From Malacoraja senta (Eukaryota): a stretch of 64,000 bases of DNA. Shown here piece after piece: positions 12,134 through 25,570 of the stretch. Position numbers and translations under genes: made by a program. The first letter of the stretch is position 1. Every line of letters begins with the position of its first letter. The notes beneath the pieces are model-generated. The model saw only the letters and a list, made by a program, of their open reading frames with translations. It made no database searches and was not told where the DNA came from. The stretch covers positions 25,112,001-25,176,000 of the forward strand of contig CM075988.1 in the NCBI GenBank assembly GCA_038087875.1. Direction: 5' to 3'.

Positions 12134-12832
12134 TGGGAAAACTGTTCCTTTGGCCCTAGGCTATAAATATTTATAAGCAACAATGGGCCGGGGCTTACAC
12201 AATCAAATATAAAAGCTAAAAAACAAAGACATTTGCCGATGTACAGTCGGTCTTAATATCTTGGACAATGTGTAGGGGCGAGTGCAATGATGACGTTTAA
12301 AGACATTTAGATAGACGCATGGATAGGAAAGAGAGGGATGAAGGGCAAAAGCAGGTAAATGGGACGTTCAGTTATAAAACCTATAACTGGGTTAAGTTGG
12401 GTCACGGGGTCGGTATGTATGACACTATGACTTTAATACGAGATCTTGATATTGAAATTAGTGGTGATGATTTTCCGGTTACGGCCCGAAACTACAATCA
12501 GATATCACCTGGCTTAGATGCACACTCATGGAAAAATGAGGGTGTTCATTTAGAAATCAGTTTAGCCATTACATGGTAATGAGGTGAATGAGGCTCTCAT
12601 TCCCAGCGCATGGGCTTAGTGCCAGGTACAGTATAACACCAACTGGGTGTGAAACCTCAACATTATTTCAGAACTTTTTTAGCTTAATATGGAAAAGGCA
12701 TTATATATTGAAGGAAGTAAACCTCCCATCGATGATTATAACTCTTCAAATAACAAGTGCAAAGAACAAAAGAAGATTCTACCTTCCTATTCCCACCTTC
12801 CATTTCTCAGCCTCATATCACCAAACTATAAA

Positions 12833-13043
12833 CAATAGACATTAGACAATAGGTGCAGGAGTAGGCCATTTGGCCCTTCGAGCCTGCACCGCCATTCAAT
12901 GTGATCATGGCTGATCATCCCCAATCGGTACCCTGTTCCTGCCTTCTCCCCATATCCCCTGACTCCACTAATTTTAAGAGCCCTATCTAGCTCTCTTGAA
13001 AGCATCCAGAGAACCTGCTTCCACCGCCCTCTGAGGCAGAGAC
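12833..13043 (-). mobile_element. CR1/HER1 3' end
   Basis: caatagac tail and standard 3' UTR in reverse. Confidence 0.85.
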
Positions 13044-13169
13044 TATCTTACATGCAATGGAATATTTTTAAAATATAGAACTGTAATAATATCAGAAACA
13101 TGACAGTTCCATCAAGCCTCTATGAAATATTGAGGAGGTGATAGCTTTGGTGGACAGGGCTCAGTGCTA

Positions 13170-13780
13170 CAGGTATGACTGCTGTTTGCTACATTAATTA
13201 ACGATTTGGATGTTAACAATTACAGTTAACGTTGTTAGTAAATTTCCAGATATCACCAAATCAGTGGAATAGTAGACAGTGAGGAAGATTATTTAAGTTT
13301 ACGACAAGATCTAGATTAGTTGGGAAGGTGGGCCGGGAAATTGCAAATGGAATTTAACTTTGGGAACCATTTCACTGTTTTTTTTGTTTTGTTTTCTTTT
13401 TTCCTTTTTCTTTCCTCCCACAAATATGTAATATGTGAATATGTGATTCTGTTCCATTCTGTTTGTAGTTTGTTTGTTTGTTTGTTTTTTGCACAATCCG
13501 CGAGCATTGCCACTTTTCATTTCACTGCACATCTCGTATGTGTATGTGACGAATAAACTTGACTTGAACTTGACTTGAGTGCAGGTGCATGGTTCCCTAA
13601 AAGTGGCAAGTCGGATGGGCATATTGGTGAAGAAGGCATTTGGCACGCTTGCGTTCATTGGGAAGAGTAGAAACGTGGGGATATCATGATACAAGTGTAC
13701 AAGTGGTGAGTGAGACCACACGTGGAGCACTGTGTGCATTTCTGGTCGTCCAGCTATAGAAAGGTGTCATTAAGTTGGAC
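13170..13780 (+). mobile_element. Decayed CR1 ORF2 (RT region) with nested LINE-tail insertion ~13372-13577
   Basis: YINDLD...SKFPDITKISGIVDSEED...RPHVEHCVHFWS remnants. Confidence 0.7.
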
Positions 13781-14381
13781 ACCCTATAATGCTTCAGCAT
13801 CTGACCTTTAGCTGTAGCCAGAGAGGCACATCTCAAAGATAGCATCAGTGACGGTGTAAGTCTCTCCCAGCATGTTGCCTGGGCTATCAGACTGGATTAT
13901 GTGCTCATGTCTCCAGAGATGGTCTTAATGTGGCTGGGAAAAAGATGAAGCACAAGGAGGCAGTCCCAGCAATAATGTCCCTGCCAGCTGAGCTTCCTGG
14001 TTAGGCCGACGTCTTGTACAAACACAATGATTGTGTAAAGGAGCAGCTTGATTCTTCCATAAAGCAATCTGTCTGAAGAACAAGGTCGGAAGAAGTTGTC
14101 CCGACCCAAACCGTCACCTATCCATGTTCTCAGGAGATCCATGTTAAACCAGCATCTACAGCTCCTTGCTCCTCTGAGATGAAGTCAATCCTTTATCAAG
14201 GAGAGAGTACCCTTAGATGAAAAATTGAAGCACCTTGCTGCTGTGCATTGAGGAGAGAGCAGAGCTTGTTTTCTGGAAGTGGGATCTCTTTCCAGGAGAG
14301 AGACGTCCTTGAACTGAGAGGAAGGTTGTGCCTGTGATATGGGGAGGAGCAACTCCTGTCGTGAGGAGTGGACAGTGCCTG

Positions 14382-14785
14382 TACTGAAGTACTGGAGACC
14401 ACCCCAACTGATGCCAGGATTACTGAATGGCAGAACCAGTGGAACAGCCTTGGCAGCCAGACAACCCAATGGATGGAGAGAGGCATCACCCCAGACGAAT
14501 GCCTCGCCACCGGCCACCATCAACCTTGGGCTAGTCTGGAAAACACTGAACGGCCTGCGGGTCGGCGAAGGACGCTGCAAGGTGTCTGTGAAGAAATGGA
14601 AAATAACAACTTCCGATGCGTGTGTGTGTGTGTGGCAAATCCCAAACCACGGAACACATCATGAGTTGTTGCCAAGCTCCACAATGTAACGAAGATTACC
14701 TGGCCGAACCAAATGCCGCTGCGCTCGCCTGCGCCAAACACTGGAAAGACGTGATATAGAAGATGGACGGACACGAGGAAGAAGA
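14382..14785 (+). mobile_element. Vingi/Ingi-like LINE 3' end, frameshifted
   Basis: WKTLNGLRVGEGRC...KW...CxC-G-QTTEHIMSC...ALACAKHW*; (GAA)n tail; 8-bp TSD agtgcctg (14374-81 / 14786-93). Confidence 0.65.
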
Positions 14786-15416
14786 AGTGCCTGCATATTG
14801 TAGGGGATGGCCCCTGTTTCAAATCAGGATCCGTGTCTGTGTTCAGGAAGGGGCAGGCTCTGTACTGAGGGATGTACTGATCCCATAGGATGAAATAAAC
14901 CCAAAGGGTATTTTATTCTCACCTGTACCAACTAAGGTACAGTGAAACTCGATTTACCATGCAGCCATACTAAACAACAAGACACACAACTACATAAAAG
15001 GTAACATAAACATCCACCACAGCAGATTTCCCACATTCCCCACTGTGATGGAAGACAATAAAGGCTGATCTTCGTCACTCTTTATGTCTTCACTCTTTAT
15101 GCCATTCCCCAACCTGTCTCTGGATTGGGGACGGGATGGTCTCTAGATTGAAGGACAGACAGCTGCCATGCTATGAAGGAGAAGCATGTACAGAGGAAGG
15201 GAAAATGTCTGTGTTGACGAGCGTGTGTTGAGGGGTAGAGCAGGTCTGTAGGATAGGAAACCAAGCCACATATTTTAAGGTTGGAGTCAGCCTATGTATT
15301 GGGGAGTGTGAAGCACATATTTAACGAAGGGTAAGAGAAGGGGGGAAAAATCCCTCTCTCAGGGAAATGATCACCTGTTTATTGAAGAGGGACAGCCCAT
15401 GTACTGATATCAGCCT

Positions 15417-15490
15417 TAACGTCACCCGTTCCTTCCCCCCAGAGATGCTGCGTGTCCCGCTGAGTTACTCCAGCATTTTGTGTCTATCTT
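15417..15490 (+). mobile_element. PLE 3' unit fragment starting at aacgtc
   Basis: aacgtcacccgttcc...gatgctgc...ttactccagcattttgtgtct. Confidence 0.7.
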
Positions 15491-16004
15491 AAGCCCTTAC
15501 ATAAACTAGGATTGTCCCACGACTGGAAAAGGGCCACCCAGGCAGGAGAAGTTCTCTTCTAGTAGTTTTACCTCCAGCACTGATCGGTCAGCGCGTAATA
15601 TTGAACTTCATTCTGATGGGTAATAATAGTGTCTAGACTTTGTTGTTCACTGCCCACCTACACTGGTCGCTTCTCAGTTCTCAGGGTACCGGAGGAGCCC
15701 TTTGCCCTTCTCCTCAGTCAACATATGGGATATTGTCGGGCACTTTAATATCCCCTACACTTCATGCATAGCACATGAGACAACTTATCAGGAAACGAGT
15801 GGACAATAGATCAAAAACCGATGTCCTCGTGGAAGTAAAATAATGGATTTCAAATTAGGCTCCGGTCACACTTTATATAAAGTGTGCAGCTTAGAGATGT
15901 TGTCTGACAGGAAGCGGCCAGCTCTGTTGAAGAGGTTTGTCGGCAGGCGATCGAGGGAGAGGAGGGTTCGGCAGAGCCAAGAATGACAGGCATGGGAATG
16001 TTTA

Positions 16005-16199
<195 letters not shown>

Positions 16200-16908
16200 T
16201 GGGGTCGCTAATGTTGCCATTGGAAACCCTGTTCTCCTCCGCTGCCCGCCCATTAACATTTTAATTAATCCCTTTCTAGTTATGAAATCTAACACTGCAT
16301 TACATAATAATAAAAAAAAAGAACCAGGAGCCCCTTAATCTGCTAATCCCTCTTCCAGACAAACTGGTTCTATCTAAATCAACTCAAATTCACGTCCGGT
16401 ATTATCAACCTGCCTGACTAGAGATCCGGACTCTTGTCTATTCAACAACAAAATTCTTTTCATGAGTGACTAGTTACATTAATACAGGCACCATAAAAGC
16501 TTGCGGAATTTGCAACAATTGGTCATTTGAATTAAAAAGCAAAATAAATAATCCCAAAGCATTTATTGTTAAAGGAAAAAGGGGTGTGAGAGAGGAAGAG
16601 AGAGGGAGTAACATCAGGAAAAAAAGCTAAGACTGAACTACATTGTAAACCTCCAAAAATAACTGTTTTAACCCTTTCAGCTTCTTAAATATTGACATGG
16701 TCTACAGACACAGGGACACTTATGAGGCTATATTTAGTCCTGAACAGCTTACTGTCTCTGCGTAAAGTTAACAGCACATCACAGCTGAGAACACAGTGCT
16801 GACAGTGGGCCCAGCAATCTCCACTCAATAAATCTGTACACAGAATCTGGTAAAAAAGAGCTAGACAGAGAAAGAAAGCAGCTCTTGTTTTAACATTTCA
16901 AGTTTTGC

Positions 16909-17917
16909 ATGTACCTGTCTGAATGTTTCTTCCACGTTGGGTTAGTACCTCAACTACCTCCTCTGGCAGCTCGTTCTTTGTGTGGAGAGGTTACCCCTCA
17001 GGCTCCTATTAAATCTTTCCTCCCTCACCTTAAACCAATACATAGAAACATAGAGACATAGAAAATAGGTGCAGGAGGAGGCCATTCGGCCCTTCGATCC
17101 AACACCGCCATTCATTGTGATCATGGCTGATCGTCCCCTATCAATAACCCGTGCCTGCCTTCTCCCCATATCCCTCGACTCCACTAGCCCCTAGAGCTCT
17201 ATCTAACTCTCTCTTAAATCCATCCAGTGATTTGGCCTCCACTGCCCTCTGTGGCAGGGAATCCCACAAATTCACAACTCTCTGGGTCAAAAAGGTTTTT
17301 CTCACCTCAGTCTTAAATGGCCTCCCCTTTATTCTAAGACTGCAGCCCTCTGGTTCTAGACTTGCCCAACATTGGGAACATTTTTCCTGCATCTAGCTTG
17401 TCCAGTCCTTTTATAATTTTATATGTTTCTATAAGATCCTCCCTCATCCTTCTAAACTCCAGTGAATACAAGCCTAGTCTTTTCAATCTTTCCTCATATG
17501 ACAGTCCCGCCATCCCAGGGATCAATCTCGTGAACCTACGCTGCACTGCCTCAATCACAAGGATGTCCTTCCTCAAATTAGGAGACCGAAACTGCACACA
17601 ATATGTTCTCTACTCCCGTACTCTGGGCAAGAGACTCTGTGTGTTTACCTGCTCTATTCCTCTCATGATTTTGTACACCTCTACAAGATCAACCCTCATC
17701 CTCCTGCGCTCCAAGGAATAGAGTCCTAACCTGTTCAACCTCTCCGCATAGCTCAGGCCCTCGAGTCCTGGCAACGTCCTCGTAAATCTTCTCTGCACCC
17801 TTTCCAGCTTGACAACATCTTTCCTATAACAAGGTGCCCAAAACTGAGCACAATGCTCCAAATGTGGCCTCACCATCGTCTTATACTACTGCAACATGAC
17901 CTCACAACTTCTATACT
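16909..17917 (-). mobile_element. Nested CR1 LINEs (younger copy 17041-17603 inside an older one)
   Basis: VRPHLEHCAQFWAPCYRKD and [30 protein letters not shown]2 C-termini. Confidence 0.9.
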
Positions 17918-18283
17918 CAGTTCACATGGAGGAGGTAGATTCGACGTGAATTTTGTAAGAAATGGGATTTTTGACTGTAAGGGGTTTTGGAAATACATTT
18001 GAGAAAGGTAAAGTGGGCAGGGATCTGACAGAAGTCTGATTGGCTAGGGGGCTCCATCAAAAAGCCAGCAGAGACATCATGAGCAAATTGGCTACCTTCT
18101 CTGCTGTGAGATGTTATAGTATGTATTCCCAAGTGGTCAAGTTTAATGGCAAGCACTGTAAAGGTCAGAGGAAGCTCTGCTCAGCTTCCATCTGTATTGA
18201 AGGAATCCTGAAATCAGGACATCTGCCTCCTTTATAGTTCGATACAGCCCAGGGAGCCTGCCAGTGAAAAGCTATTAGAAAAC

Positions 18284-18573
18284 AGCAGCGCAGTGGTAGA
18301 GCTGCTGCCTCACTGCACCAGAGACCCAGGTTCAACCTGACCTCTGGGGCTGACTGTGTGGAGTTTGCACGTTCTCCTGGTGACGGTGTGGGTTTCATCC
18401 AGGTGTTCTGGTTTCTTTCCACACTCCAAAGAAGCGTGGGTTTGGAGGTTAATTGAGCGCTGGACGTTGCCCCAAGTGTGTAGTGGGGTAACTAATGTGA
18501 ACGGGTGATCAATGGTCAGCATGGACTTGGTGGATCGAAGGGCCTGTTTCCATTCTGTATCTCTAAACTAAAC
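18284..18573 (+). mobile_element. HE1-type SINE
   Basis: Head, V-domain and tail present. Confidence 0.85.
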
Positions 18574-18731
18574 ATTGGAATCAAATAGTTGGCTCAGTGG
18601 GATTTGCATCAGAAGGAAGTATTGAGCATGTGGGGGAATACACTCTGGTGTGTAGAAGAATGAAGAATGAGTGGTGATTCCAATCTCTAAAGGATCTTGC
18701 CAAAATTGATCATGTGAGGTTTTTCGTCAGC

Positions 18732-19030
18732 GGGTGGCCACGGTGGCGCAGCGGTAGAGTTGCTGCCTTACAGCGCTTGCAGCGCCGGAGACCTGGGTTC
18801 GATCCCGACTACGGGTGCTGTCTGTACGGAGTTTGTACGTTTTCCCCGGGATATTCAGTTTCCTCCCACACTCCCAAGACATACAGGTATGGAGGTTAAT
18901 TGGCTTGGTGTATGTGTAAATTGTCCCTAGTGTGTGTAGGATAGTGTTAATGTGCGGGGATCGCTGGTCAGTGCGGACTCGGAGGGCCGAAGGGCCTGTT
19001 TCCGCGCTGTATCTCTAAATTAAACTAAAC
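18732..19030 (+). mobile_element. HE1-type SINE (subfamily with extra cagcgcttg in head)
   Basis: A/B boxes, V-domain, tail. Confidence 0.9.
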
Positions 19031-19298
19031 CTTATAGGGAAATGTAAAACTAGAGAACGCACTCCCCATTCCTCAACAATAATGTGTAATGGAGCCTCTC
19101 TGAATCTGAATCTTTGGAGCTCAAAAGATCAAAGGGCCATGAATATGAATATTTAAGTATTATTAGATTAGAGGGGAGCAAAATGTTATGAGGATCAAAC
19201 TGGATCTTCTTGCGATGAGAAATCGTATCAGCCATAATTTTATTGAATGATGGAACAGTCTCAAGGGACCATCTGACTACTCCAACTTGTATTCCTTA

Positions 19299-19552
19299 AG
19301 GGCCTGTCCCAAGGGCGATATTTTGGATTACTACAGGCGACTGCCGCAAAACTTTCAACGTGTTGAAGAATTTTCGACGACAGCGGTGACAATTTTTGTT
19401 GTCGTAGGTTATAGTTTGATGTAGGTGTTGTCGTAGGTTGTCGTAGGTTGTCGTAGGTGTTGTCGTAGGTTGTCGCCAGGTGTCGTAGGTGAATTCCATT
19501 AAAACTAGTCCATGGCAGTCGCCTAAAGAGTCGCCTAAGTTGGTCAGGCCCA
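19299..19552. mobile_element. PIF/Harbinger-type MITE
   Basis: TIR wGGGCCTGTCCCA, TTA TSD on both sides, internal (gttgtcgtag)n. Confidence 0.8.
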
Positions 19553-19679
19553 TTATGCTCATATATTCTTATTTCAGCCTGTGTTAATCTTTACAAGTAC
19601 ACCTGACACACTTACACTGAAGGTGCCATTTACCTGGTCAGGCAGTGTCACCAGGTGCAATGAGTAAGAACATACAGAG

Positions 19680-19985
19680 GTGCAGAAGTTTGAAAACGCA
19701 CACCTCCAGATTCAGGGACAGTTTCTTTCCAGCTGTTATCAGGCAACTGAACCATCCTATCACCAACTAGAGAGCGGTCCTAATCTACCATCTATCTCAT
19801 TGGAGACCTCAAACTATCTTTAATCAGACTTTACTACCTTGCACTAAACATTATTCTGTATACCCTGCTTCTGTACACTGTGGATGGCTTGATTGCAGTC
19901 ATATATAGCCATTTCGTGGACTGGATAGCACGAAACTAAATAGCGCTCACTGTATATGTGATAATAATATTAAACTAAACTAAAG
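19680..19985 (+). mobile_element. Rex1/Babar 3' end
   Basis: RSLKTHTSRFRDSFFPAVIRQLN plus tail. Confidence 0.75.
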
Positions 19986-19987
19986 TA

Positions 19988-20245
19988 AGCCTTTCACTAC
20001 CTCAGAACCACACAAAGCACCTTGTAGCTGTGTGATTAGTTTTTAAAGTGTAACCATCGGTGTAATTTAGGAATCACAGCAGGCAAACTGTGGAAGGCAA
20101 GGTCCCACGACAACAATCACGATAAATAATCCTAAGGACAATCCCACAAGGACAATTCCACTAATGCTCTTTAACAGAGTGTTGCAGGATCATTTACTTG
20201 ATGGGGAAGATGGGGCTTCCGTTGGAATAGCATCCAGCTCCTCAT
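19988..20245 (-). mobile_element. DeuSINE remnant
   Basis: Degenerate match to the copy at 26661. Confidence 0.5.
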
Positions 20246-20490
20246 CACAACCGCCCCCACCATCGACTCCTTTAAGTCACGACTCAAAACCTATTTCTAC
20301 TCCCTAGCATTTTTGAGTCCCTCTGAGGGGGCGCTGTAAACAGTTTATGTATGTGTTGTTAGATCTGTCGACCCTTGCATGTATCAAATTAGTACCTGCA
20401 CTGATGTGAAGCACTTTGGTCAACGTGAGTTGTTTTTAAATGTGCTATACAAATAAATGTATTATTATTATTGCTATTATTATTATTATT
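20246..20490 (+). mobile_element. L2 LINE 3' end
   Basis: PTIDSFKSRLKTYFYSLAF; tail tgtgaagcactttgg...aaatgtgctatacaaataaa(tat)n. Confidence 0.8.
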
Positions 20491-20668
20491 CATCACAAGA
20501 TGGCATTTCTGAAAGTGCAGCTCCCTTCCCGTAGAACTCCACAGGACGGCCAGCTTGGATAATGGGCTCAGGGCCCTGGGATCTGATTGAAACGGAAGAT
20601 CTTTTGACTCAGAAAGAACAGGGGAGAGTCCTGGGCAGATTGACCAAGACAAATTGGTTTTATTGCTC

Positions 20669-20908
20669 TGTGTAGGAAGGAACTGCAGATGCTGGTTTAC
20701 ACTGAAGATAGACACAGAATGCTGGAGTAACTCAGGCAGGGCATCTATGGAGAGAAGGAATAGGTGACGTTTCGGGTCGAGACCCTTCTTCAGACTGAGA
20801 GTCAGGGGAGACGAAGACACAGATATAAGGAAGGGTAAGGTGTGAAAAGGAGGCATCAAAAGAGACGACGACCAATGAAAATGTCGAATAGATCATTGTT
20901 AGCTGGGA
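20669..20908 (-). mobile_element. PLE 3' UTR
   Basis: Contains intact HHR; GIY-YIG remnant (LEEQHLVF) at ~21256-21280 beyond the nested CR1. Confidence 0.8.
20766..20793 (-). ncRNA. Minimal type-I hammerhead ribozyme motif
   Basis: CTGAAGA-A-GGGT(CTCG)ACCC-GAAA-CG-TC. Confidence 0.7.
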
Positions 20909-21250
20909 TTCCACTAGCCCCTAGAGCTCTATCTAACTCTCTCTTAAATCCATCCAGTGACTTGGCCTCCACTGCCCTCTGTGGCAGGGAATTCCACAAA
21001 TTCACAACTCTCTGGATGAAAAAGTTTTTTCTCACCTCAGTCTTAAATGGCCTCCCCTTTATTCTAAGACTGTGGCCCCTGGTTCTGGACTCGCCCAACA
21101 TTGGGAACATTTTTCCTGCATCTAGCTTGTCCAGTCCTTTTATAATTTTATATGTTTCAATAAGATGCCCTCCCCTCATCCTTCTAAACTCCAGTGAATA
21201 CAAGCCTAGTCTTTTCAATCTTTCCTCATATGACAGCCCCGCCATCCCGG
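20909..21250 (-). mobile_element. CR1 ORF2 C-terminal fragment
   Basis: ORF 20856..21245 [20 protein letters not shown]...RVVNLWNSLP. Confidence 0.9.
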
Positions 21251-21390
21251 CACTTCAAATACGAGGTGCTGTTCCTCCAGAAATGGTGACATCTCTGCTG
21301 GAAGATGCCACTGCCATCAACGCAGCCTCCCCTCCGTGCGACAACTGAAGGAACCACCTCGATCTGTATGCTTAAGTCTGGAGTGGTACT

Positions 21391-21478
21391 TGGGTTTCGG
21401 CCCGAAACGTTGCCTATTTCCTTCGCTCCATAGATGCTGCTGCACCCGCTGAGTTTCTCCAGCATTTTTGTGTACCTC
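21391..21478 (+). mobile_element. PLE 3' unit (TTCG-loop subfamily), HHR 5'-truncated
   Basis: gggtttcggcccgaaacgttgcc...tttctccagc. Confidence 0.8.
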
Positions 21479-21828
21479 CTGACCCAGCAGGGAGAATGCT
21501 CTTCAGTAAGCCACAGCTGACAAAAGGGACACAATTGGCCGCAGCAGACTGGAAGCAGACCCAAGAGAAATAAACAGGTTTAAAATAGAGCTTTGTCAGA
21601 GCCCAGAGCCATGAGTCACTGTCGAGCCACTTTCTCCTCTTGCTCAGGTTTTATGGCCTCTGTGGTTTCAGTGTCCTTCAGTCTGCACATAACATTAAAT
21701 CCATTGGCATTCTCATGACTTAATCAATATTGCCATCCATGTTGTAAACTCGTCTGATGACCAAATGGGCAAAGGACCAAAATGAGCATTTGAAAATACC
21801 AGATATGAAAGGATCAGATAGTCGAAGT

Positions 21829-22300
21829 GTCACAGAGTGATAGCGTGTGGAAACAGGCCCTTCAGCCCAACTTGCCCACACCGCCCAACATGTCCCAGCT
21901 ACACTAGTCATAGAGTGATAGCATGTGGAAACAGGCCCTTCGGCCCAACTTGCCCACACCGCCCAACATGTCTCAGCTACACTAGTCATAGAGTCATAGC
22001 ATGTGGAAACAGGCCCTTCGGCCCAACTTGCCCACACCGCCCAACATGTCCCAGCTACACTAGTCCCACCTGCCTGCGCTTGGTCCATATCCCTACAAAC
22101 CTGTCCTATCCATGTACCTGTCTAACTGTTTCTTAAACATTGCGATAGTCCCAGCCTCAACTACCTCCTCTGGCAGCTTGTTCCATGCACCCACCACCCT
22201 TTGTGTGAAAGAGTTACCCCTCAGATTCCTATTAAATCTTTTCCCCTTCACCTTGAACCTATGTCCTCTGGTCCTCGATTCCCCTACTCTGGGCAAGACA
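21829..22300 (-). mobile_element. CR1 3' end with 3 x 78-bp tandem terminal repeats
   Basis: Units start at 21831, 21909, 21987; ORF TRGHRFKVKGKRF...WNKLP. Confidence 0.9.
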
Positions 22301-22549
22301 CATCACAATGTGATGCGAGCCACAATGACTGGAGAACGATCATCACACAAACTTATCCCGGCAGCCCGCTCCCTCTGTGAACATCCAAGAGGAGGCAACA
22401 TACCAAAAAACCCAGGGCCACCATGCAACAGCCTGAAGTGGTGAGAGAGTGTGCAAGGAAGTGGGGCATGGGGTTGGCAAAACTCAACCCAAGGTACTCT
22501 GTCAAGGAGGGTCGAGGGAGTTACACAAAGTGACCAGGTCAATATTTAA

Positions 22550-22860
22550 TGCGTAGGAAGGAACTGCAGATGCTGGTTTACACCAAGATAGACACAAAAT
22601 GCTGGAGTAACTCAGCGGGTCAGGCAGCATTTCTGACGAGAAGGAATTGGTGGCGGGTTTTGGGTCAAGACCTGTCTCCAGACTGAATTTATTTATTTAA
22701 TATTTAGTTCATTATTTAGGTCTGGTCAGGTCTGAAGAAGGGTCTTGACCCGAAACATCACCCATTCCTTCTTTCCAGAGATGTTGCCTGTCCTGCTGAG
22801 TTGCTCCAGCATTTTGTTTCCACCTTCAGTGTAAACCAGCATCTGCAGTTCCTTCACGCA
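22550..22860. mobile_element. Palindromic PLE 3' unit
   Basis: ~130-bp inverted arms with AT-rich spacer; TSD aatatttaa (22541-49 / 22862-70). Confidence 0.85.
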
Positions 22861-23059
22861 TAATATTTAACCCGTTCACTGCCATCCTCGAGTATACCCG
22901 GGTCATGGCCAAGAGTGAAAAAAAACTTGGCAGTGATCAGGTTAACTTACAGTCAACCTCACTGGAAAACTGATTAACTACCCATTGCCACATTACCATT
23001 CTGGGAGCTTACTGTGCAGTAATTGCATATTGCATTCTCCGCATTGCAGTCTTCATAAC

Positions 23060-23362
23060 GTCATACCGCATGGAAACAGGCCTTCCAGCCCAACTAGTCC
23101 ACGCCGACAAACATGCCCCGTCTACACTAGTCCCACCTGCCTGTGTTTGGCCCATATCCCTCTAAACCTTTCCTATCCAAGTACCTGTCCAAATGTCTTT
23201 TAAATGTTGTTAGAGTACCTCAACTACCTCCTCTGGTAACTCGTTCCATGTATCCAAAACCCATGTGTCCATGTGAAAAATTTGTCCCTCAGGTTCCTAT
23301 AAAAATTTTCCCCTCTCATCTTAAACCTACGTCATCTGATTCTTGATTCCACTACTCTGGCA
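23060..23362 (-). mobile_element. CR1 3' end inserted into a DeuSINE remnant
   Basis: ggaaacaggcc...tagtcccacctgcc; Deu-like sequence on both sides. Confidence 0.7.
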
Positions 23363-23614
23363 AGTGGCTACTCGGAAGGTACCTCACTGGCTGTGAAGCA
23401 TTTTGTGCTTTGTAACAAAGCAAGGTGTCATAGAAATTCAAACCACATGGCCCCCCTCTCATTTTGTTTCATCTATCTGCAGAACCTTTTTTCCTTTTCC
23501 AGTTCCCTCTATAATGAATCTATATCAATCGCCTAATCAACCCCAAGCGATCTCATCCAGTGGGTGTGAACTGATGCATGATGCACTCCAAAGATCACCA
23601 GCTAAACTGCATGT

Positions 23615-24178
23615 AGTTTTAGTTTATAGATACAGCATAGAAACAGGCCATTCAGCCCATCAAGTCCATGCTGACCACCTATCACCCATTCCAACTAGTT
23701 TAAGACTTTAGAGATACAGCATGGAAACAGGCCCTTCGGCCCACCTAGTCCGTGATGGCCAGCGATCACCCCAAACACTAGAATTATCCAACACACTAGG
23801 GACAATTTATAATTTTACTGAAGCCAATTAACCTACAAACGTGTGTGTCTTTGGGAGGAAACTGGAGCGCCTGGAGAAAACCCACGAGGTCACTGGGAGA
23901 ACGTACAAACTCTGGGTCTCTTGTAAGCCACTGTGTCACCCTAACATAGTTCTGTGTTACTCCACTTTTTCATCTAATCCCCACACATTAGGGCCATTTA
24001 ACCTACAAACCCTGCCTGTCAGTGAGATGTGGGAGGAAATCTGAGCACCCGCAGGAAACCTACGCCACCACAGGGAGATTGTGCAAACCCCACACAGACA
24101 GCACCCGAGGACAGGCTCGAACCCGGGTCTCTGGCACTGTGAGGCAGCAGCTCTACCAGCTGCACCACCGTGCCACCC
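23615..24178 (-). mobile_element. Cluster of nested HE1 SINE copies
   Basis: Two tails, two V-domains and a head ending ccaccgtgcc. Confidence 0.85.
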
Positions 24179-24965
24179 TGGTCTACTTGGTATCCTTCTA
24201 AAGAATAATTCTACGCATCAATGACTCGAGCAACCATTTCATGAATTAGATTTTTTTTTAACCCAACAACTAGACAACCTGCATCATTGAAGAATAAACC
24301 CTTCAACCTCATCAGCTTCCTCTGAAAAGCCAATTGAGAATTGCTATGTAATTTAAGGAGATTTTGTTAATTAAAGGCACTTTACCGGTCCATGTGATAT
24401 ATGAAAGGGCTCCTTGTTTCGCTTGCCATTAGCAAAGTCCTCTAATATATTTTCACTCACCTGGTGAATTCCATTTGAACAGTGAAGCATGATATACATT
24501 TGTAACAAGGCCTAAAATCAAGAAGAAAAGTTTAAAGTTTCTTAAGCATTGACAAAAGTCTTATCTACAGTGGAATTTCCAGGTCACACAGAGTTTCTAC
24601 TGATTATTAACTCTGTTACTGGCTACTGCCTTACAAACTCCTTAACACTTTCACACCCTCTTTGGCCAGTTGAGTGGTCTGCAGTACTAAGGCCTGGTTT
24701 AACCCTTCATTTGCTCGCTGTATTTAAACTGTAAATGGTGTTAAAATATGGCAACTCGTGCATGTGTGAGCTACGCAGTGCGAACATTAAAGAACCATTG
24801 AACCATCAAAGCATAGGAACTATTCCTAATCCTCAAGATACCCATTAACTTACTTTGAAATCTTTTACCAAATGAGGCCTGTATTAGTCAGTATTGCTGC
24901 ATTTTGCTGATCTTTCTTATTGGAATAGTAGAGTGACGAAACAAGGTGTGTGGTTGGGACTTGAT

Positions 24966-25291
24966 TTAGTTTAGTTTAATTTAGTTTAGAGATACAGCGC
25001 GGGAACAGGCCCTTCGGCCCACCGAGTCCGTGCTGTCCAGCGATCACCATTCACCCCTATACTATTTTACACATAAGGGAGAATTTTCAATTTATTTTGA
25101 CCCAAACCAATTAACCTACAAACCTGTACGTCTTTGGAATGTGGGGGTGAACACTGGAGCACCCGGAGAAAACCCACACGGTCACAGGGAGAACGTACAA
25201 ACTCCGCACGGACAGCAACCGTAGTCAGGATCGAACTCGGGACTCTGGCGCTGTAAGGCAGCAAATCTACCACTGCGCCACCGTGCCGCCC
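24966..25291 (-). mobile_element. HE1-type SINE, full length
   Basis: Tail (tttag)n to head caccgtgccgcc. Confidence 0.92.
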
Positions 25292-25349
25292 CCAGTTTTC
25301 TAGCCTTGATTCACAGCTTTATTCTCCCCACATTCAGAACACCCTAGAT

Positions 25350-25570
25350 TTGACCACTCACACCCATTAGGGGCAATTTTACTCTCGCCAGTTAACCAAC
25401 CAACCTGCGTGTCTTTCGGATGTGGGAGAAAATCAGAGCCCCCGAAGGAAGACCAGGTAATCAGAGGGAGAACGTGCAAACTCCACACAGTCAGCACTCT
25501 AGTTGCGGATTGAACCTGGGTCATTGGAGGTGTGAGGCAGCAGCTCTGTGAGATACACCACTGCTCTGCC
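25350..25570 (-). mobile_element. Older HE1-like SINE
   Basis: gagaacgtgcaaactccacacag...gtgaggcagcagc. Confidence 0.7.
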
